This document shows positions 60,229-64,000 of a stretch of 64,000 nucleotides of DNA, in pieces. The notes below the pieces were generated by a model. That model saw only the letters and a program-made list of their open reading frames with translations. It was not told the origin of the DNA and did no database searches. Both the position numbers and the translations under genes were made by a program. Origin of the DNA: Carcharhinus amblyrhynchos (Eukaryota); the NCBI GenBank assembly GCA_965287045.1, contig OZ336881.1, forward strand, positions 64,852,001 through 64,916,000, written 5' to 3'. Each line of letters starts with the position of its first letter. Position 1 is the stretch's first letter.

Positions 60229-60972
60229 TTTAATTTTTTTAAAAAATGGACGTTCTTTCCTCTCACCCTCTCATTGTACAATTAAGGTAATTAGTTCTAG
60301 CTAGCATAAAAGCTTTCATACTTCACTATTCTCATTCTTAGTTCAATCAAACCTGTCACATAGTCACGTCCAAGCTCCAATGTTTTCCAATATTGGAGTT
60401 ATTTGCACCAGAATGGCAGTTGGTGGGGTGACATTAAAATGGAACTGTCTTTTGCAGCTAGTTTCCATGATAGACAATTTGCAAAGCCTGGCATTATAAC
60501 TCTAAATAGTGCACACCAATCTCCACATCAGGTCTGGTGCAGAGAATGGAAGATTATGTTAAAATTCAAAGTCATGGGAACAATGTGTTCTTATTTTTAT
60601 CAATGTCCATGCATGTACTTTCAAGCAGGAATTACTTGGACTGTTTTTGGGATGCTTTGGGTCAAAAGTCCCAGGAACACAAAGGTAATGTTCCAACCCA
60701 CACTGGTGTTTGCTGTCTATTTTTGAAATCATTTACAATACTGTACATAAAGTACTTTGCTGACCTCCGCTGTGATAGTCATAAAATGAATTTATGAAAT
60801 TTAATCTTTAATACTGAAAGATACAAATGACTGAAGATGCCAGATGGTTTTCTTTAAACTATTGAAAACTAGATTTTCTTTGACATTTGATTTTTAAGGA
60901 CTAACAAATATTTGCAGAATGTTTTTTTCATTATAATCCTATTTTAATAGAAATTCTTTTCATTCTTGTTAG

Positions 60973-61099
60973 AAGCTCAAAATGTATTCCTTGAAGCTGA
61001 AAAGAAGGGTCTCTTATTTAGTTCAGCTGCTTATTCAAGCTTCATGAACACTCTTCTGGGTAATGGGTTACTGGAGGAAGCCATGGATGTCAAAACCAA
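60973..61099 (+). CDS. LRPPRC: LRPPRC coding exon (127 nt, approx. human exon 30)
   Basis: ttgttag|AA GCT...ACC AA|gtaagt; EAQNVFLEAEKKGLLFSSAAYSSFMNTLLGNGLLEEAMDVKT; PPR-like. Confidence 0.93.
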
Positions 61100-61949
61100 G
61101 TAAGTTTTTTTTTGTTTATCGATTTGAGGGCAACGGTGGAGTGAAAAAATGTTTGAGTACTAATCTCCAACAGTCATCCTAACAGTAGTTCAGCGTTTTA
61201 ATTGTAGGAAAAGATTTGAAGATAGTGAAATGTAAATCCTTTATTGTCAGCATTACACTCTCTCATGTACAAATTGTTGATTTAAGACTGACAGATGGAA
61301 AAGGAGAAATCACGACAGAGCAATGGGTGCTTAGGCAGGGATTAAGGGGATTGGCTCTTGAGAGTAAGAAAATCCAGAGACTGATGCTGTATTATTTGAA
61401 CGCTGGAGGCTGAAAGTGACTGAGAGGGATAGTTTTAACCCTGTGCTGCGTGAAGGATTTTCTTGGGATTGATTGCAGTAACTCTTACGTGACCCTGATT
61501 CTCTTCAGATCTTCAGAATTCTTGAGGTCAAGTAATCTCCCTGCAGTGGAGGAGGGTTGTTCAGTTTGGTGCAGGGAGGTAATTGTTCAAGTTTAGCTCA
61601 AATGACCCTCTGATAAATTGTACAATCTTTCAGTGGATGGGGATTACACAATGTGGATAATGTCTTGTGTAGACTGACATATTCTGGTTTTTAAAGATGA
61701 TATCCTTTCATGAAAAGTTTTTAATTTCTCCAAGGTTAAAAACCTCTCCCTCAAAAGTTTGAATGATAGTGCACGGATGTCATTTAACACAGGAAAGCTT
61801 TGATCCTGAAAGGGTTTTTTTTGTTGAAGATCTCATGCCCCAGAGGAAAAGGAACTGCATACAGATAATCAGACAGAAGAATAAATCGAAGATCTATGAG
61901 AGAGAGAGGTAGGATATAAGCAGAATGTAGATATCTATGAGGAAACGTA

Positions 61950-62520
61950 TTCTACAAGAGGAAGAAAACAAGGAAAGGATGTCCATACTTACTTGAAAAC
62001 CATGAAAGCTGTGTATGACCAGAAATTTCTGGGTGTTTAAATACATCATGCCCTTTAAAATGTAAGGCGTGGTAGATAAAACCATGAAATGGACAATAGA
62101 TGAGGGAAATAGGCATTGAGTCAGAGAAAAGGGATAATTAATGTTTTCAAAACCTGGGTTAGGCCACAATTGCACAATTATGTTCAGTTTTTGGCACATC
62201 CCTGCAGAAAAGATGAGATGATGCTGGGGGTGGGGAATGCTTTAACAAGAGACTTGAAAGAAGCTTTGAAAATTCTAAAATGTTTTGATGGTGATTTATG
62301 AAAAGACTGTTTCCTCTGGGTAATGCACTGATGAGACACCATCAGCTTTGTCACTGAAAGTGAGGAGGGAGCCAAGGAGAAATTTCTTTACACACACGGT
62401 TCTTTGAGTATGGAATGTTTTACCACAGGGAGTGGCATAGCCAGAAACCATTAAATCTTGCAAGGTGAAACTGGATGGATGTTTGAACAAGATAAAAATA
62501 CAAAGTTATGGGTAGAATGC
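61950..62520 (+). mobile_element. Old CR1 3' fragment
   Basis: Decayed FKTWVRPQLHNYVQFLAH...RDLKEALKILK peptide; AGGAGAAATTTCTTTACACACACGGTT. Confidence 0.65.
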
Positions 62521-64000
62521 TAGGCAGTATAGTTCAGTTTGGATTGCAGAGATGAATCTACAGTGACTTTGTTACAAACTGAAAAATAAATCAACTGAAT
62601 GTGGAGTACTCCACCAGGAAACCTGAGGGAGGATGGAGGAAACTGAAATAAATTGGCTGACTGAAGAAATGCATGAATAAGTGGGATCTGAACATGGAGT
62701 TGCTATGTAACCCCTAGTCTTAAAAGTAACAGAGGCAAATTCTGGAGCATTAATGTTTGTGACATCATAGAAAATCAGAAGCAGCAATCAGGGATGTAGG
62801 GCAGATGGAAGAGCTGAACAAAACTACCAAGAGCAAGATTAGCTGATTTGGAGAAACGTGGACAGGCTGTCCAAAGGTCTTGGGTGACTATCTCAGATTT
62901 GGAGACATTTGTGGAGGATACTGGGGAGCATTGGAAGCTGAAACCTCCTGGGCATTTTCCATGGAGGTCAGTGCATCAATACTTAATAAGGTCCTGATGC
63001 ACATCTTGGGGTCAGACATATGAAAACAAATTGCTTGAATTTAAAAGAATAATTAATCACCTCAAATAATGTATTTCAATAAGGGGAAAGCTGCTGCATT
63101 TTTTGGGTCTAGAAGCATTAGACACAAACTGTTGTATGCGCAGATCTTTCTGATTTTATAATAATTTTTCATTGTCACTGCCCAACAGGGGCATTCCTGC
63201 AATTTTGATTCTGGAGCAAAAGCTCAAATAATCCAAATGCATCATCTGAACTCTGAGATTGGATAACTGCTTCAAGATTCCTTGAGATGTTTTATAATTC
63301 ATAAATTTGAATTGAGGAAGCTATAGTTATGTGCTATATTTCATTGCACGTAATCAAACTGCATCAGAAGTAATGTAAAAGATGTGATTGCTATCATGCA
63401 TGATAGGAAAGTATCAGAATGGCATGACTGAAACTGTTTCTCAGGTTATTTTTAAATGGCACCTTGTAGAACTTACCTGAATTAGTGAATATATAATTGT
63501 GAGGGTAATTGTCAACTATTTAATAGTAGTATGTACATTTTTGTAGCTTCTTTTCATGTTGTAATGTCTACAAAATGCTTATGATAATAAATAGATTTAA
63601 AATGCACTGATGCAGAAATAATGTTTCACAGACAAGCAGAAAAATAACTGCCCAGTTTATCTGCTTTTGATATCGTTTCAAGGAAAACAGGACAATTGGC
63701 CATAACAGGACAGTTGGCATTTAGGAATCCACAGTACCCATCTAATTTGCTTGGGTGGGCAGATTTGATTATGGCTTAGTGTCTGAACTGAAAAATGAAA
63801 CATTTTGTCTGCTGAACGCCTTGCATTAAGTTTTGTCTTAAACCCACAACCGTGTGACGGGACAGTACTGCCAAGCTGACAATGCTGTGTAACAGATTGA
63901 CTGAGATTTGTTGAATTTCAGCTGTGAATTGTACAGTTTTATGCACAGTGGGGTAAAAGATTTTAAATGCTTTGCAGGCAGAGTGCATTATATTTTGTGG

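Noticed and set aside
1-64000. tRNA genes, rRNA, CRISPR arrays or prokaryotic systems
   Set aside because: tRNA-like segments are SINE/LINE heads without full cloverleafs; no regularly spaced repeat-spacer arrays; the sequence is vertebrate intronic DNA.

Overview
Vertebrate nuclear DNA, almost certainly a shark. The repeat families (HE1-like V-SINEs, SacSINE1-like DeuSINEs, shark-type CR1 and Penelope-like elements) point that way, possibly to Carcharhiniformes; the taxon is inference. The whole window lies inside LRPPRC (mitochondrial PPR protein) on the + strand. I traced 19 consecutive GT-AG coding exons from 2791 to 61099 (1957 nt, 651 complete codons, one continuous frame; roughly human exons 12-30 from memory). 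The introns are dense with retroelements. Most worth following up: (1) an apparently full-length LINE with a tRNA-like head, APE+RT and no room for ORF1 (11445-15640), plus a SINE made from its two ends (27690-28046); (2) Penelope-type remnants, four with recognisable minimal type-I hammerhead architecture, including 25-143 bp inserts with clean target-site duplications; (3) an unusually conserved exon (10028-10134) and a TE-free intronic island (about 34900-39550) that may be regulatory and holds a candidate antisense spliced ORF; (4) a very young CR1 with an intact 579-aa RT ORF. All comparisons to human or consensus sequences are from memory and were not run.
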